This document shows, piece by piece, positions 59,901-64,000 of a stretch of DNA of 64,000 nucleotides. A model generated the notes under the pieces. That model saw only the letters and a program-made list of their open reading frames with translations, was not told the origin of the DNA and did no database searches. The translations under genes were made by a program, and so were the position numbers. Position 1 is the first letter of the stretch. Every line of letters begins with the position of its first letter. The DNA is from Octopus sinensis (lineage: Eukaryota), in contig NC_043023.1 of the NCBI RefSeq assembly GCF_006345805.1, forward strand, positions 9,672,001-9,736,000. The letters are read 5' to 3'.

Positions 59901-60455
59901 GGGAAACCGCCCCTTATGAGCCAGGCATGGCTTGAAAAGGAACAAACAACAACAAATGTGTATGTGGAGGCACATGGCCTAGTGGTTAGAGCAGCGGACT
60001 CGCGGTCGAGGGATTGCGGTTTCGAATCTCAGACCAGGCAATGTTTGTGTTTATGAGCAAAACACCTAAGCTCTACGTGGCTCCGGCAGAAGGTAATGGC
60101 GAAACTTCTGCTGACTCTTTCGCCACAACTTTCTCTCACTCTTTCTTGTGAAGGCACATGGCCTAGTGGTTAGAGCAGCGGACTCGCAGTCAAGGGAATG
60201 TGAGTTTGAATCTCAGACCGGGTGGTGTGTGTGTTTATGAGTGAAACACCTATGCTCCATGCAACTCCGGCAGAAGGTAATGGCGAACTTCTGCTGACTC
60301 TTTCGCCACAACTTTCTTTCACTCTTTCCTCCTGCATCTTGCAGCTCACCTGCGACGGGCCGGCGTCCCGTCCAGGTGGGGATCCTATACACCAAGGAAA
60401 CCGGGAAACCGGCCCTAATGAGCCAGGCGTGGCTCGAGAAGGAACAAACACACAT
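56990..60455 (+). repeat. Tandem array of a 193-bp tRNA-Arg-like SINE-head unit (16 heads plus 1 partial), open at the assembly gap
   Basis: GCACATG(G)CCTAGTG recurs about every 193 bp; each unit has an A box and a B-box-like motif. Units at ~59650 and ~60150 continue into a Meta/V-domain-like tail. Confidence 0.92.
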
Positions 60456-60838
60456 CGGGTGATTATTTTATCGACCCCATGCAGATGAAAGGCAAAGTCA
60501 AATTCGGCGGGATTTGAACTCAGAACGTATATTAGCATTACTGTTAATGAGATCACTATCATATATTATTCAAGTAGTGCGGAGAAGAAACTGATAACAC
60601 CTGCCCTTCTGATCACCTGACGATTGGGATTGTGATATATCTTCAAAAATAAAGGTTGCTGTTACGTTAGCTCTAACTTGGCCTAAGTCTAATTATTCAG
60701 CCACACAACTCAGACAGCCTCATTAGTCTTATCGCTTCGTTTCTTTGTAAACAATTTTCTTCCCACCCACCTCATTGGGCCAAACAAATAACAAAACAAC
60801 CCCATTATTGCTACATACCTTACGTACTTTTTAATTAT

Positions 60839-61200
60839 GGGCGCAGGAGTGGCTGTGTGGTAAGTAGCTTGTTTACCAACCACATGGTTCCAGGTTCAGT
60901 CCCACTGCGTGGCATCTTGGGCAAGTGTCTTCTGCTATAGCCCCGGGCCGACCAATGCCTTGTGAGTGGATTTGGTAGACGGAAACTAAAAGAAGCCTGT
61001 CGTATATATATATATATATAATATATATAGGCGCAGGAGTGGCTGTGTGGTAAGTAGCTTGCTAACCAACCACATGGTTCCGGGTTCAGTCCCACTGCGT
61101 GGCACCTTGGGCAAGTGTATTCTGCTATAGCCTCGCACCGACCAATGCCTTGTGAGTGGATTTGGTAGACAGAAACTGAAAGAAGCCTGTTGTATATATG

Positions 61201-61231
<31 letters not shown>

Positions 61232-61446
61232 TTGTGTGTCTGTGTTTGTTCCTCTAGCATTGCTTGACAACCGATGCTGGTGTGTTTACGTCCCCGTAAC
61301 TTAGCGGTTCGGCAAAAGAGACCGATAGAATAAGTACTGGGCTTACAAAGAATAAGTCCCGGGGTCGATTTGCTCGACTAAAGGCGGTGCTCCAGCATGG
61401 CCGCAGTCAAATGACTGAAACAAGTAAAAGAGTAAAAGAGTAAAGA
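60839..61446 (+). mobile_element. SINE family B: truncated 5' copy followed by a full copy
   Basis: Head and core at 60839-61010, a TA tract, then a full element from 61029. Confidence 0.85.
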
Positions 61447-61800
61447 GAGAGTATGAATGAGGACAGCTTCATAAAGCAAGTGTATTGATGAGGACTGCAG
61501 CTTAACGAATGCGCATGGATAAAAGTGTACCGTTGGCGATTTTTTTCCCTCCGTCTTCCCTTCTCTGGATCTTCCCTTTTCCAATGTTTATGACAAAGAG
61601 CTCCGCTCGAAACGTTAAACCCTCCTTCTTACCTTCTTTCCTGAGCGTCCAATAATACTATATTTGTTCCACGTCCTAGCATTGTTGTGTTTTCCCCTTG
61701 TGTTTTCATGTTTGGATTAACTATATATATATATACATACAAATAAATATTATTATATATACACACATATATATATGTATATATATATATATATATACTA

Positions 61801-61854
<54 letters not shown>

Positions 61855-61881
61855 TATATATACATTATATATATGTATATA

Positions 61882-61928
<47 letters not shown>

Positions 61929-61959
61929 ATATATCTTATATATATATACTATATATATC

Positions 61960-62018
<59 letters not shown>

Positions 62019-62040
62019 CACACACTATATATATATATAT

Positions 62041-62313
62041 GTGGAGGCACAGGGCCCAGTGGTTAGGGCAGTGGACTCGTGGTCGTGGATCGCGGTTTCA
62101 ATTCCCAGTGTTTATTGAACGAAAACACCTAAAAGCTCAACGAGGCTCCAGCAGGGGATGGTGGTGATCCCTGCTGTACTCTTTCGCCACAACTTTCTCC
62201 CACTCTTTCTTCTGTTGGCCTGCTCGCTTAGCCAGCGGGGTGGTCTCATTCGAAGGCTAAAACAATGCGAACGCATTGTGACCAGCGGTGTGTAACAACA
62301 TCTGATCACGTGA
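62041..62313 (+). mobile_element. SINE subfamily A2
   Basis: Homologous to 39632-39936. Confidence 0.75.
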
Positions 62314-62574
62314 TATATATATATATATGACTGGCACCCAACCTATAGAGTCGAGTACAATGGAAATTGTAGTTGTGATCCCTGTTGCCCTTTAATTATC
62401 ATAGGACATATAAATTTGCAAAGGCGGTGCTCCAGCATGGCCACTGTCAAATGACTGAAAAAAGTAAAAGAGTAAAAGAGTAAAGAATCATTAGCTCCTC
62501 TCTACGTTCTGAGTTCAAATTCCGCCGAGATCGACTTTGCCGTTCATCCTTTCGGGGTGGATGAAATAAGTACC

Positions 62575-63785
62575 TATTTCTTTACTACCCACAAGGGGCT
62601 AAACACATAGAGGACAAACAAGGACAGACAAAGGGATTAAGTCGATTATATCGACCCCAGTGCGTAACTGGTACTTATTTAATCGACCCCAAATGGATGA
62701 CATGCAAAGTCGACCTTGGCGGAATTTGAACTCAGAACGTAACAGCAGATGAAATAACTATTTCTTTACTACCCACAAGGGGCTAAACACAGAGGGGACA
62801 AACAAGGACAGACAAACGGATTAAGTCTATTACATCGTCCCCGAAAGGATGAAAGGCAAAGTCGACTGCAGCGGAATTTGAACTCAGAACGTAAACGGCG
62901 GACGAAATACCTATTTCTTTACTACCCACAAGGGGCTAAACACAGAGGGGACAAACAAGGACAGACAAAGGGATTAAGTCGATTACATCGACCCCAGTGC
63001 GTAACTGGTACTTTAATTTATCGACCCCGAAAGGATGAAAGGCAAAGTCGACCTCGGCGGAATTTGAACTCAGAACATAAACGGCAGACGAAATACCTAT
63101 TTCTTTACTGCCCACAAGGGGCTAAACACAGAGGGGACAAACAAGGACAGACGTGGGTATTAAGTCGATTACATCGTCCCCGAAAGGATGAAAGGCAAAG
63201 TCGACTGCAGCGGAATTTGAACTCAGAACGTAAACGGCAGACGAAATACCTATTTCTTTACTACCCACAAGGGGCTAAACACAGAGGGGACAAACAAGGA
63301 CAGACGTGGGTATTAAGTCGATTACATCGTACCCGAAAGGATGAAAGGCAAAGTCGACCTTGGCGGAATTTGAACTCAGAACATAAACGGCAGACGAAAT
63401 ACCTATTTCTTTACTACCCACAAGGGGCTAAACACAGAGGGGACAAACAAGGACAGACAAAGGGATTAAGTCGATTACATCGACCCCAGTGCGTAACTGG
63501 TACTTTAATTTATCGACCCCGAAAGGATGAAAGGCAAAGTCGACCTCGGCGGAATTTGAACTCAGAACGTAAACGGCAGACGAAATACCTATTTCTTTAC
63601 TACCCACAAGGGGCTAAACACAGAGGGGACAAACAAGGACAGACGTGGGTATTAAGTCGATTACATCGTCCCCGAAAGGATGGAAGGCAGTCGACCTAGG
63701 CGGAATTTGAACTCAGAACGTAAAGACAGACGGAACCCCACAAAGCATTTCGCCCGGCATGCTAACATTTCTGCCAGCTCGCCGC
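62575..63785 (-). repeat. Tandem array of SINE C bodies (7 units of ~153 or ~186 bp) with one head and a 10-bp TSD
   Basis: Units start at 62575, 62759, 62912, 63098, 63251, 63404 and 63590; AATAAGTACC at 62565-62574 and 63786-63795. Confidence 0.9.
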
Positions 63786-64000
63786 AATAAGTACCAGTTG
63801 AACACTGGGGTGGATGTAATCAGCTTAACCCTTTCTCTGAACTTGTGGGCCCTGTTCCAACACTTGAAACTAATATTTTTGTCTTTCTTAAAGTATTAAA
63901 CTGGTAGAACCATCAACACACTAGACAAAATGTTTTAGATATGTGTATATATATATATTTATATATATATACACACACACACATATACATATATATAATA

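Noticed and set aside
56990-60455. tRNA gene cluster or CRISPR-like array
   Set aside because: There is no acceptor stem or cloverleaf, the units continue into SINE body, and there are no unique spacers or cas genes.
62878-63699. 273-aa repetitive ORF
   Set aside because: It is the antisense reading of the SINE C array. It stays open because the units (153 and 186 bp) are multiples of 3, and it starts at TTG.

Overview
Eukaryotic, AT-rich and very repeat-dense animal DNA. The SINE and LINE content and the microsatellite load fit a coleoid cephalopod, probably an octopus (inference, not a database result). There is one 100-N gap at 56890-56989. Nearly all ORFs in the supplied track are artefacts of microsatellites, SINEs or decayed transposons. 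Reading splice sites by hand recovers one real gene on the + strand, entered mid-gene at the window start: 15 phase-compatible exons (120-32463) of an adhesion GPCR. Its architecture is LRR-LRR-LRRCT, a Ly6/uPAR (three-finger)-like Cys domain, GAIN/GPS (intact HL|TSF site) and 7TM. The last 7TM exon has several 1-nt indels in a region that looks poorly polished. A diverged, out-of-order copy of that exon sits 110 nt after the TM3 exon. The rest is mobile DNA: a full-length defective mariner, two mariner fragments, three non-autonomous Helitrons, R4/Dong-like and CR1/L2-like LINE fragments, a possible Penelope GIY-YIG fragment, and at least four tRNA-derived SINE families (called A, B, C, E here). 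Two SINE-derived tandem arrays occur at 57-60 kb and 62.6-63.8 kb. Several type I hammerhead-ribozyme motifs are present, the best inside a terminally redundant 352-bp unit that resembles a Penelope pLTR or retrozyme. There are also several long perfect palindromes and inverted duplications.
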